Assembly: GCF_006345805.1 (NCBI RefSeq)
Contig: NC_042997.1
Span: 43,338,001 to 43,402,000 of the forward strand
Source: Octopus sinensis
Taxonomy: Eukaryota
Direction: 5' to 3'
DNA length: 64,000 nt
The notes under the pieces were generated by a model. It saw only the letters and a program-made list of their open reading frames with translations. It ran no database searches and was not told the origin of the DNA. Of this stretch, positions 12,139-25,042 are shown one piece after another; positions within the stretch are counted from its first letter, which is position 1; each line of letters begins with the position of its first letter. The translations under genes were made by a program, and so were the position numbers.

Positions 12139-12536
12139 CTAGCAGTATCGCCCGGCGTTGCTCGGGTTTGTAAGGGAAATAACTATATAAGCATTTTTAG
12201 AGATGTAAAGTATAATAGCCATCTCAAAATGGCTAACCACAAAGGAGTGGGGTGTTACTGTAGCTTTTTACGTTCTGAGATTTAATAATACATTTTTAGA
12301 TAGTTATTTCCCTTATATAATAGCAAAAAAATGCATTAAAAATGGGAAAAAATGATGGAAAATTTTTTTTTAAATCGTAGACTCATCGTAGACGCGCGCT
12401 AATACCCAGAAGGGCTCAATATGAATCACGACTATAAGATACCTGGTTTTGGTTAAACTGCACCGCAAAATGTGGGAGTAGTTAGGAATCTAAATCGTAG
12501 GAGACAGACACAGAACTTCACTTTTATATATAAAGA
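12139..12536 (-). mobile_element. Non-autonomous Helitron, 398 bp
   Basis: A/TC...hairpin...CTAG/T, no TSD. Confidence 0.85.
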
Positions 12537-14917
12537 TAGTTATTAGAGAAATAGGAAGTTTTACCATGAGTATTTTAACAATTGCTAGATATTTGAAATA
12601 CAACTTAATACCTCACTTCCTATCCCTGCTCATTACAGAGCAGCAATCAATAGGTTCAGTTTACAAAAATCTTGAAATCTAAGAAGAATTTTCTGGTGGT
12701 TACTATCGGAATAGTTTTCACCCACTCCATTGAAAGGACATCCAGCCTTAAAATCTCCAGCCACAATCTAATAACATACAACACTGTGCAAAAAAACAAC
12801 AACATACAGGCAGATGTATTTCAGACCCATCCAACCCTTAACAGCTCAGGGGAAATGTATCTGGATAAGAATGATGTTGTAATAAATAGAATTATTCTAT
12901 TAAAGTATTATTTTTTTATCCACATTCATTTGAGTTGAATTTTTCTGTAAATTGAACTTTTTGTTAAAATTGTTGGAAGTTTCTTGCTCTCCATTTATCA
13001 CTGAATCAGAACAACACAATACTTACTTGTGAACCATGTTATGCTTGTTTCAAATTGGCCTCTGATAACATAAGTCAGCAATCAGTTGAGGATTCTGCTT
13101 ATTCCACAAAACCATGGCCTGCTGACCAGCCATAGTGCTCAGCCACCCAGAGTGCACTGACTATCACTTGTGTTTAAATGACCATCCTGTGAGGATGCAT
13201 ATTTTTTTCTATGGATTTGCATACTCATTCAAAACAAAGATGCCTGATCCTAACAAACAATGCAGACAAGTGTATTCTCTCCAAGAAAAGGCAGAGAAAT
13301 GATCAAGAAAATATGAAAGTAGAAGCTTCACTACATTGTGAGTTTGGTGTCAAGGAATCTACCATTTGTTCCATTATCACTTTTTTTTTTTGAAGCCAAA
13401 CTCCTCTGACAAACTAGGATAGGTTTTTTTTTTTTGTACTTTATTGAGTTGGTGTTCAGTATCAGGCAGATACAGCTGAACTGAAAACTTGCATACACCT
13501 GCATTGTCATACTTTTCCTGACTTGAGACTTGCCAACTTTCTGTCATCAAATAGGTATGAGAAAAGACAAATGTTATGAAATGTCCCCCTGTTATTTTTC
13601 TAGTTTCTTACTGACCTTACGAAATCAAAATAATGTCAAACAGACACTGATAACTCTAAACTGGTACAATAATTGCTAAACTAGCAATAATTATATCAAT
13701 TTCTAACAGACATGGTTGTGTGGTTAAGAAATTTGCTTCATAACTACATGCTTTGGGTATTACTCCCACTGCGCAACACCTCAAATCTTGACTAATGCCT
13801 TGTGAATAAATTTGGTAAACACAGAAACTGTACAAAGCCCATCATGTGTGTGTGTGTGTTGTATGCATGCATGTATCCATCCATCCATCCATGCATGCAT
13901 TTAGTGTTAACCGGTGGAAAGGGGGGAAAGATTATTCAGTACTATAGTAGAAATTAATAACATATTTTATTTTGATCAAATCCGTCTCCTGGTGCTCTGA
14001 GTCCCACCTGTAGATGCTCAGTGTCTTCAGGCAAGTTATGACTCATAACTTGCCTAAAGATCCTGTGCATCTATAGAAGAAACTTTGAGAAGTAAGCGAC
14101 TGATATGACCATAATAAAATGTGTGTGTGTGTGTCTGTATGAATGTTTACTATCTGTGCACCTTCAAAAAAGATTGCTGAGCTTCAGATGATAACATGTT
14201 GATAACCACCTAATAGGTTGACATGTGGCACAAAAGTTGCTAAAATGCGTTGATGAACACAAATAATGGGAGATACTCTATGCAGTTGCCTCGACCTCTG
14301 TAAACCACACCTTGCCATCTTGAAATAAAGGATTTCTTGAATACAGTACTTCTTAATAAATCTGTATTGCAATTGGTCAGTGGATGATGATGATGATGAT
14401 GATGATGATATGTGTGTGTGTATGCATCCCTTTGAAAGTCTATACTATGCAACTGTGTGCTTCTCACTTGTATCTCTGATTGTGTATATGATTATATGTG
14501 TGTGTGTGTGATGAATGATCTTGAATGCATGCAAAAGCACTGGTAGCAGCAGTGGTGGTAGATTTGGGTGAATGGGAAAGTAGGTGAAATGAAGATGAAA
14601 GGAAAAAGGTGTGTCCTGGGAAGGAAAAGGTATTTCCTAGGTGTGTGTTCATTGCATTGACAACACATCATACATTTGTCCCTGTATGGATAAGCACACA
14701 ATGTTTTAACAACAGTGTATGTATATCTTCCTCTCTGTGTATAATAATTGCTTTGTAACAAGTTCAAGAACACCTTGAATTGTATTGAATCTATAGTAAA
14801 CCAAAAGACACTACCCTGCAAAATGACTGTTTCATAGCAACTAGGAAACCTCTGAACAGTTACTTGACTTGCTAGAAATAGCAAGCAAGCTCATCTATAT
14901 ATACATATATATATATA

Positions 14918-17900
14918 TCATCATCATCATCGTTTAGCGTCCGTTTTCCATGCTAGCATGGGTTGGACGGTTCTACTGGGGTCTGTGAGCCAGAAAGGCT
15001 TCATTAGGCCCAGTCAAATCTGGCAGTGTTTCTACGGCTGGATGCCCTTCCTAACGCCAACCACTCCGTGAGTGTAGTGGTGCTTTTTACGTGCCACCCG
15101 CACTGGTGCCAGACAGAGCTGGCAAACGGCCACGAACGGATGGTGCTTTTTATGTGCCACCGGCACGAGGGCCAGGCGAGGCTGGCAACGGACACGAAAC
15201 GGGGCGGTGCTGGTAACGGTCGCGAAACGGAAAGTTCTCTTACATGCCACCGGCACTGGTAACACATCTGCAATTTCCATTGATCGATTTCATTGATCGA
15301 TTTCCATTGATCGATTTCGATTCTGATCGTCACTTGCCTCAACGGGTCTTCACAAGCAGAGTTTTGACATGCCACCGGCACTGGTAGCACATCCGCAATT
15401 TCCATTGATCGATTTCGATTCTGATCCTCACTTGCCTCAATCACGTCTTCACAAGTAGAGTTTTGTGTCCCAGAAGGGAAGGTATGCATACGTAGGCTGG
15501 CTCCATCCCATGTAGAAGGCCACGGGTTATGGACTCACTTGTCCTGCCGGGTCTTCTCGCGCACAGCACACTTCCAGAGGTCTCGGTCTCTAGTCATTTC
15601 CTCAGTGAGACCTAAAGTTCGAAGGTCGTGCTTCACCACCTCGTCCCAGGTTTTCCTGGGTCTGCCTCTTCCACAGGTTCCCTCAACCGCTAGGGTGTGG
15701 CACTTTTTCACACAACTATCTTCATCCATTCTCGCCACATGACCATACCAGCGCAAACGTCTCTCTTGCACACCACAACTGATGCTTCTTAGGTCCAGCT
15801 TTTCTCTCAAGGTACTTACACTCTGCCGAGTGTGAGTACGGCATTACACATCCATCGGAGCATACTGGCTTCATTTCTAGCAAGCTTACGCATATCCTCA
15901 GCAGTCACGGCCCATGTTTCACTGCCATGTAGCATGGCTGTTCGTACACACGCATCATACAGTCTGCCTTTCACTCTGTGCGAGAGGCCTTTTGTCACCA
16001 GTAGAGGTAAGAGCTCTCTGAACTTTGCCCAAGCTATTCTTACTCTAGCAGTTACACACTTTCAGCACACCCGCCCCCGCTGCTGACTTGGTCACCTAGG
16101 TAACGGAAACTATCAACTATTTCTAGTTTTTCTCCCTGGAAAGTGACGGAAGTTGGTCTCAGAGCATTTTCAGTGTTTATTGTTCCTGAGCATCTGCCAC
16201 ATACAAAAACCATCTTCCTAGTTAGCCTTCCTTTGACATTGCTGCATCTCTTATGTGTCCATAGCTTACACTTGGTGCATCTTATAGAGTTTCTACCTAC
16301 ACCTTTTCTACAGATCGAGCAGGGCCATCTACCTGAAGGTGTTTGTGATTTGTCTACCTTCCTACTGATTACGACTTTGGTTTTAGCTAGATGACTCTGA
16401 GGCCCTTCGATTCTAATCCTTGTTTCCACACCTGAAACTTCTCCAGTTCTGATAGCGACTCAGCAATTAGAGCAAGGTCATCAGCATAGAGGAGCTCCCA
16501 AGGGCATCCTGTCTTGAATTCCTCCGTTATTGCCTGGAGGACTATGATAAATAGGAGGGGGCTGAGTACTGAGCCTTGGTGGACCCCTACCTCTACCCGG
16601 AATTCTTCACTGTACAATTTCCAACCCCCACCCTACTAGCGGCGTCCCTGTACATGGCCCGCACAGCTCTCACTAACCATTCATCTATCCTAGTTTCCTC
16701 ATTGCCCACCAGATAAGGGATCGGGGGACCCTGTCGAAGGCTTTCTCCATGTCAACAAAAGCCAGGTACAGGGGCTTATCTTTGGCTAGGTATTTCTCCT
16801 GCAGCTGCCTTACCAGGAATATAGCATCAGTAGTACTTTCCCTGGCACAAACCCAAACTGCATCTCATCTAAACTAACTCTCTCTCTAATTAGTTGGGCT
16901 ATGACCCTCTCCGTAACCTTCATCACCTGGTCCAACAGCTTGATACCTCTGTAGTTATTTGTATCTAGGGCATCACCTTTACCTTTGTAGCAGTTGACTA
17001 TTATACTGCTACACCAGTCATTGGGTATGACCCCTTTGTGTATCACCTGATTAACTATACGGGTGACTAGGCTATAGCCGACACTACCAGACATTTTGAG
17101 CATCTCTGCAGTGATTCCTGATGGGCCTGGGGCTTTCCCTGTCTTCATGCTTCTAATTGCCTTAGCTACCACGGAACTATCAACTCGGATAGCTGGTCCC
17201 TCTGTTGGGTCAACATTCGGCAGACTCTCTTTATCCCATTCATTTTCTTCATTCAGCAATCTTTCATAGTGGCATCTCCAAACCTCTCTCTTTGCATCCT
17301 CATTTAGCGCAAGTGAACCATCTTCCATGCGAACACACTTCTCTCCTACCACATCACGATTCTCTCTCACACACTGTCTGCAACACGAAACACCTCCAGT
17401 CTTTGGTCCTCACGGCGCAGAACATTGGCAAATTTTTTCTTATCTGCTTCCCCTCTGGCTAAATAAACCTGTCTCCTAGCTTCTCTTTTGGCAGTCTGAT
17501 ACAATCCCCTGCTACCCCCATTTTTCCAGACCTTCCAAGCCTGTCTCTTTTCTCTAATAGCCCTGTCTACAATATTGTTCCACCACCACGTTATTCTAGG
17601 TCGAGAGGGGACTTTGCACCAGCCACAGATCTGGTCAGTGGCTCTCAGCAGGTTGTCCCTTAGAACGCCAGCTGTCTCCTATCTCACCCCCTGTGATGCT
17701 CTATCCCCTTCTACTTCGTCAGAGGCTTCAAGTATATGTCCCTAAATCTCTGTCCATTTGCAGGATCTTTAAGCTTCCAGATCCTTCTTCTCCATATTTG
17801 TCGTCTTCTGGTTGTCCTCCTAGTCCTGATCCTAAAGTCACTAACTACCAGTCTATGTTGTGGGGTACATTCTTCACCTGGAAGGTTTTGGCATTTATAA

Positions 17901-19383
17901 GCAGCCATCTCTCCCTTTGCCTGTAAGGATGTAGTCAATTTGGCTGGTATGTTGGCCCGATTGGTAAGTGACTAGGTGGCTGGTAGGTTTCCTGAAGTTA
18001 GTGTTGCAATCATAAGATTATTTGCATCGCAGAACTCCAGCAGCCTGGTTCCCTCCTCGTTGCGGGAGCCATAGCCATAGCCTCCATGTACGCCATGGAA
18101 GCCCCCAGCATGTCGTCCAACGTGACCATTGAAGTCACCAGCCACAAAGATAAGGTCTCTGTCGTTCGTCAACGAGGTAGTCTGCAGTAGAGTGTCATAG
18201 AATCGGTCTTTCTGTCCATCGGGTAGCCCGACTGAGGAGCATAGGCTGATATAATGTTGCTAAACTATGATGAAGCACTAATCTAATCTTAAGTATTCTG
18301 TCACATACTCTGATTACCTCAATTACTTTATCTACCCATTTCTCAGCGATAATATACCCACGCCACCAACCCCGTCAGTGTTCCCTGCCCAGAAAATCTT
18401 GTACCTGCGTTCCTTGCCTGTGAGGAACCTAGCTGATCCTCCTCTCCACCTTATTTCTGCATGCAACATATATCCACACATCTCCGTTCAAGCATCTCGA
18501 CTATCTCACCAGACCTACCTTTCAGAGTGCCAACGTTGAGGGTGCCAACCCTGAGGGTGTGGGAGGCATGGGCTCTAGAGACCCTGGGACGGTGGACAGT
18601 AGCTTCGTGTACCTGAAAAGAAAGCTCGCATTTGGCAGAATTCATGTGCAAAAAAATGAAGTAGTAAAGTAGCCTTCAGTACAACCTGCATAACGCTAGC
18701 CTTTCATATTTTGCACTGTATGAACATTACCTTACATAGGTCGAGACTAGGGGTAGGGAGGGGTAGGGATGGTGAGAGAACATTGCAGTCTTCATGGGAA
18801 GCAACCCCGGAATGGCAGAGAATAGGAACTTCCGGCATGCGTGGTGGGGTTGGGAGGGCGGGTGCACCGTGTCTGAGTAAAGAGGTTCTGTTAATCGTAT
18901 GAGCTAGCAAATGGGTTTGTATGAATCGGGAACAACACTAAACTAAAAATTTGAAAAATCAGAGTGGCTATGACCTGTAGACAAGTCCTAAACGAAAAAA
19001 AATGTTTGAGCTAGACAGGGTAATGAGGGAATACTGAAAGAATGAGGGACAATACAATGAGATGGAAATTGAAGAATAGAGAAAGAATAAGAATAAGTGC
19101 AAGAAAGAAGGTAGTCGTAGCGAGGTTGGACGATTCACTTAACTTTTAGCCATTCATGATCTGTGCGTATTCTTTAGATATTTTGAAGCGAGTGGGGTTA
19201 ACGATAAATGCGATCGCTCTTTTATATATGGCTATGATGGTTTTGGGAAGGGGGGGGCATAGAGAACCATGGCGATGATGGTTATGGGAAGGGGGGACAT
19301 AGAGAGAGAGATAGGGTTAGTTAGAGAGAGAGGTCAAGGGACACGTGACAATAAGCGTGTGAGGAATTTGACTGGGGACGGCA
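14918..19383 (-). mobile_element. Apparently full-length RTE-clade LINE, frameshifted (inactive copy), in a SOAT intron
   Basis: APE endonuclease (GTLNVGTL, GDFNGHVG), RT (GKAPGPSG, QGSVLSP, YADD at 16477-16488, FRYLG), RTE-type C-terminus (RLRWYGHV, GRGRPRKTW) split over at least 8 frames; 3' UTR ends in a (GAT)n tail; (TA)n on both flanks. Confidence 0.93.
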
Positions 19384-20124
19384 TATATATATATATATTA
19401 TATATATATAATATATATCATACATATATATATATATATATATAAGCGTGTGAGGGAATTTGACTGGGGATGGCATATATATATATATTATATATATATA
19501 TATAATAATGATAGATCACTAGCCACTACACATTCCTTATTTTCTCACCTTGTTTCTTTCTGTGGAAGAGCGTAGGCTCGAAATGTTAAAGACTTTTTCA
19601 CTTCCTGAGTGTTATACTAATACATCTGTCTATATCACCTGTCTTCGTCTTTTGTTTTTTTGTGAATTCTCCACTATATATATATATATATACACACATT
19701 TTGCATCTTATTTTCTTAAAACAGGGAGACACGCATTCAATATTGTAGTCCTTGATATATTAAAAATAAAACAAAACAGGATGGTAACAGCTGGAATACT
19801 TTTGATGCTAAAAGTTTGTTCAATCATAGACTGAGACTGAACAGTACCAGTTTGGCTTATTGTGAATTTAGAAAGAATAATTAATTTTTAAAAATCACAT
19901 GACCTGAATATTAATGTTTGTGTGTCTGTGTATATCTTCTTACATGATAAAACGCAAAGTGTGCCCTGTCGGCCATGCTGTTGGCAAAGAAGAGTAAAAA
20001 CAACATATGGAGTGGGGGTGGGTAGCAGTGAGAGATGCTACAGCAGGAGGATAACATTTAAAGGCTTTGCTCCAAAAACATTTGGGAAAGAAGATTGGGA
20101 AACAATAAATGGAGTGGCAGAGAG

Positions 20125-20400
20125 TCATCATCATCATCATTGTTTAACATCCGTTTTCCGCGCTAGCACGAGTTGGACGGTTCGACCGGGGTCTGGGAAG
20201 CCAGGGGCTGCACCAGGCTCCAGTCTGATCTGACAGTGTTTCTACAGCTGGATGCCCTTCCTAATGCCAACCACTCCGCGAGTGTAGTGGGTGCTTTTTA
20301 CGTGCCACCTGCACAGGTGCCAGGGGGATCCGGCATCGGCCACGATCGGTTGGAGCTTTTAACGTGCCACCGGCATGGAAGCCAGCCAAGGCGGCGAGAG
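20125..20400 (-). mobile_element. RTE 3' end
   Basis: Same family motifs. Confidence 0.85.
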
Positions 20401-20632
20401 TCGAAAACAGCATAGCTGCAAGTGAACTGTAGGGATCTCTGAATTCACCAATATTTTAATGAAATGAAATTTTTATCACAAATTATATTTATCAATTTCA
20501 CGCATGCACACACACACACACACAAACAAGCATATATGTTACATACAATAAAATGATCTAAAAAATGTAAGCAAACGTGCACACATATTTGTACACTCAC
20601 ACATGCATAGATGTACATACGTAGGTATGTGC

Positions 20633-20691
<59 letters not shown>

Positions 20692-20697
20692 CATATA

Positions 20698-20892
20698 GGC
20701 AGCGAGAGCTGACAGAAACGTTAGCACGCCGGGCGAAACGTTCTGAGTTCAAATTCCGCCGGGTTCGACTGTGCCTTTCATCCTTTCGGGGTCAATAAAT
20801 AAAGTACCAGTTTCACACTGGGGTCGATGTAATCGACTTAATCCCTTTGTTTGTCCCCTCTTTGTTTAGCCCCTTGTGAGCAATAAAGAAAT
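20698..20892 (+). mobile_element. SINE family C; other copies at 1-270, 350-560(-), 41870-42115 and 56740-57010(-)
   Basis: ggcagcgagctg.cagaaacgttagc...gagttcaaattcc...ggggtcgat.taatcgac, A-rich tail. Confidence 0.75.
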
Positions 20893-21327
20893 ATATATAT
20901 ATATATATATAATACAAAATAAGAAATGGAGAAATATATCTAAATCATTCATCAACTATCAGATAATACTGACTCATTTATACCTGCAATATATGGCTAA
21001 TATAGGTTAAATGAGACATACTTATCTGCATGGCCGAAACAGCTGTCAGTTATAATGTATATGTATTTTTATATCTTTTTATATTTATTTAGTTATATCT
21101 CATTATAATGATTGTAATTATTGTACTGTACTAATGTCTAATCTTAATGCTCTTGTGTAGTGTTTTAATATATTTAGAGAGAGGGCGGGTGGAATATATC
21201 TATAAAATATGTATATTGGTATTCTATGTATAATCCTGTACTATTTATTATAAAGAAAAATGCAATTTTAAATGTCCTACTGTTAATTTTGAAAGATTTA
21301 ATTTTCTTTTTATCTGGTGACTTTCAG

Positions 21328-21404
21328 GTTTCTTTGCCATACTTCACTCATGGTTGAATGCATTTGCTGAAATGTTAAGATTTGGTGACCGTCTTTTCTA
21401 TAAA
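21328..21404 (+). CDS. SOAT1: SOAT exon
   Basis: tttcag...gtaggg; (G)[25 protein letters not shown], containing the [16 protein letters not shown] motif. Confidence 0.97.
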
Positions 21405-22423
21405 GTAGGGAAATTTTGTTTGTTTATTTTATTTTCTGTGCTTTTTCTAACATTGTACTTTTTAAGCTATTAAAATGACATTATTGCTTAACTATTTCAT
21501 GTTTCAATAGAATACCATTTTATATTACCCAGATCTGTAGCTCAAAGAAAGGAAAACTAAGTGCCTCATATAGACTTATCATTTCTATGCTTACTTCAAA
21601 GTCTGATACAGAAGTTTATCTTCCTTTCAAAAAAAAAACAGAGCTAATAAATGATTTTTATCTTTTACTTGTTTCAGTCGTTAGGCTGCGGCCATGCTGG
21701 GGCACTGCTTTGAAGAATCTTAGTTCAACAAATTGACCCCAGTACTTTATTTTTTATGAAGCCTGGTACTTATCCTATCAGTCTCTTTTGCTGACCTGCT
21801 AGGTTATGGGGATGTGGACACACCAACACTAGTTTTCAAGCAGTGGTGGGGGACAAATGCACACACACACACACACACAGCAGGTTTCTGTCTACCAAAT
21901 CCACTTACAAGGCTTTGGTCAACCTGAGACTATAGTAGAAGACACTTGCCCAAGGTGCCACATAGTGGGACTGAACCTGGAACCATGTGGTTGGGAAGCA
22001 AACTACTTACCACACAGCCATGCCAGCTGAAATTCACATGCTAAAAAAATACATAAAATCCAAAGCAGAGTCATTATTAGGTGCTTTTAAACGTGTCTCC
22101 TGTGTTGTTTTGTTGTTCTATTTCATATAAAACGGTTGACTTTTCTATTTAAAATATTGTAAATCTAGAAGCAAAATTGGCCGGTTATTTTTAAAAAGAC
22201 TCTAGATATTTGTTTCAGTATACATAAATTGCTAACAAAATTTGATTTTGTAAAATGATATTGAGACATTTGCTCTCATTTCATGACCCAGCACTCATCG
22301 TTACGGCAACCACATAAATTAAGAAATATGTAAAAATGTTTAACCACAATTAATAAATTGTTTGCTTATCTATATCTGAATACTTTCAGTCATTTTCATG
22401 TTGGTTTATATGATTAATTGTAG

Positions 22424-22522
22424 GATTGGTGGAACTCAACAACTTTTTCCAATTACTACCGCACATGGAATGTTGTCGTCCATGATTGGCTGTACACTTA
22501 CATATACAAAGATGTTTACACG
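22424..22522 (+). CDS. SOAT1: SOAT exon
   Basis: ttgtag...gttggt; [33 protein letters not shown], completing FYxDWWN and containing WNVVVHDW. Confidence 0.97.
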
Positions 22523-22995
22523 GTTGGTCAACTTTATATTTTAATATATTTTTGTTTATGAAAGAATTGTTTTTTGAAAAGTAATTTAAATATATTACCA
22601 AAGTTTTTCCTGTTCTATGTTCAAACTGGCCAGGGCTTACATCTCATGCCTACCCTGCAATGTCATTCTAAAAATAAACAATCACACCATAAAAATCTTG
22701 AAGCTATGAGACAATGTGTGATTAATTCAAAACAATGGATAAATAAGCATTACATTTCATTGAGTAAACTGGTTGCAAAAGTGTTAAATATCATTTTACA
22801 TGTATTCTATTTCTTCCGGTTTTATGTTTATAGTTTTATTTATAATTTGAGTTTGTTAGTTTCAGCCTTACTTTTCTTGTACATTCTTTATGTTGACAGA
22901 GAAAAATATACTATACAGTTGAGCTTTAAAATCTTTCAGATCTTGCTTTAGATTGTAAGATACATTATTTTTTGATTTGATATGATAAATAAATG

Positions 22996-23450
22996 AGACT
23001 TCAAACTTGAAATCTTCAAAGCCACAGTCGAACCAATTCTACTATATGGCTCAGAAACCTGGACGTTATCAAAGAAGCTTGAGAGGCGGTTGGATGGAAC
23101 CTACACTCGCCTCCTTATGAGACCTCAAAATCTCTCGTGGAAGCGCCATCCAACCAAAATGCAAATATATGGGAAACTACCACCTGTGTCATCTCTTGTG
23201 AAAGGTAGGAGAGTCCAGTTTGCTGGACATTGTTGTAGAGCTGAAAAAGAAGTAATTTCTACTCTTCTCCTCTGGAAGCCATCTACTCGCAATACCAGAG
23301 GGCGCACACTCTCCTACCCTGATGTAATCTCCAGGGATACAAGCATCCAGCAACAGGACCTCCGTAATGCCATGATGGACCGTGAAGTCTGGCGTAGCAT
23401 AGTAAATTCCATTGTCTCAACCACGGTCGAACAATGATGATGATGATGAA
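22996..23450 (+). mobile_element. 3' fragment of a second RTE/RTEX-like LINE family
   Basis: FKATVEPILLYGSETWTLSKKLERRLDGTY...RRVQFAGHC...DREVWR* then a (TGA)n tail; possible aaatga target-site duplication. Confidence 0.85.
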
Positions 23451-24479
23451 ATGAAACCAATATAGTCTTGTTGATGATGTTACTATACAAGTCATTTCCC
23501 TGGGTATATCTGTCAATGGAACACCTCAATTTTTTCCTTTTACTAATATTTCCACCTGTCTCTGCCTAGGTTTTGTTTATGCATTCAATTTATGCAGTCT
23601 GATGTGCAATTGAATATTGGTGTTACCTTCATTCAAGTGTTTCATTGGATTTGTTATTCTTGGTGGTGCCAGTCTCCTCCCCAAGATATGGGTGCCATTG
23701 ATTTTGAGGAACTCATCTGCCCATGACAGGTTTTGTTTTTAAATCCTGTTTGCTAGGTAACTTAGTAAAGGGTTGGTTTAGTCATCCATTTAACTGTGAG
23801 CTGGGTTACATGGTTGATTGTCAGTAGCAGGTTCATCAGACTGATGGAATTAGTCCTTATGTAACTTAATGTTGCCATTTAATTTTTTATGTTTTCTCAC
23901 TAATTCACTATGTTGAATAAAACAAAGTGTAATTTGGTTGCATGGTATCTTCAACCATTTGAGAACTTATATTGCTAACAAAGTAACGTGTATTCAGTAC
24001 ATTTTGCAAATTAATCTATATTCTATTGCATTCAGTTTCAGAACAACTAGCAGTTTCTGTGCCAGCTAAAGGCTAATGCAAAATTTTGAGTTATATAAAT
24101 TTGGAACAATAACCAATCTTAAAAAGAAAACAATATGTGAGTGTGTGTGTGTGTGTATTTGTGCATGTATATTCAGTATGGGCAAATAGTTAAGGTGTTT
24201 GTTTCACAGCCATGAGGTTGCATCAGGTGGATTGCACCTTGTAATTCCAAGGGGACAGCCTTGTCTACACCCTGAGTTATGCTGATTCTGCTTTGACCAA
24301 CTACACATTAATTCAGGAGCAAGTAATTTAGTTGATTCAACTACTATAATCCTCGTTATCAAACAACAGAGATCTACCCTCAATATATATTATTGAATTT
24401 AAATTCTACTATTGTAATTTTGCTTTGTAACTTGAAGTATGATTAAAAGAAAAGTTTTCTCTCAACATTATATTTCCAG

Positions 24480-24615
24480 ATTCTTGGTTACAAAATGAGA
24501 AATGTTGGCTTAACCAGTGTGTTCCTAATATCAGCTGTTTTCCATGAGTATGTTCTAGTGGTATCTTTTGGCTTTTTTTATCCGGTGTTGTTTGTCATGT
24601 TTGCTGGAGCTGGAT
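24480..24615 (+). CDS. SOAT1: SOAT exon carrying the catalytic His
   Basis: ttccag...gtaagt; ILGYKMRNVGLTSVFLISAVFHEYVLVVSFGFFYPVLFVMFAGAG; SAVxHEY is the MBOAT active-site His motif. Confidence 0.97.
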
Positions 24616-25042
24616 GTAAGTAGATTTCATTCCTTATTATTTTTCATTTATAATCATGATTTTCTTTTAAATCCAGTTTTTAATTTAACTTTGTAGGATC
24701 AATAGAAAAAATAGGTGGCACAGGGCAAGAGAAATGGCTTTCAAAAGCCATCTGAGATCTTGCAAGAGTAACTGGATTAGTGTCCTCAAACAGTTGTAAG
24801 TCAACAGCTGACAGGAAAAACATTCTAAAGGGCTTACATTCTGTTGGAAGAAGGACTGGAGGCAACAGGCAGTGGTTGGTGGACAATATTTTAGTGTGTG
24901 TGTGTCTGTGTGTGTACCATCCCAGATGCAAGAGTAGCAGATTGTATGTGGATGACTTTTGAGTGCAGAAGAATGAAAGATAGTACCATCTGTGTAGAGG
25001 TGGCCATGGTCAGGAGTGACAATAAATAAGTTATTAATGTAA

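Noticed and set aside
13290-13380. EFGVKESTICSII resembling a Tigger/pogo HTH
   Set aside because: Too short and degraded to support a call without an alignment.
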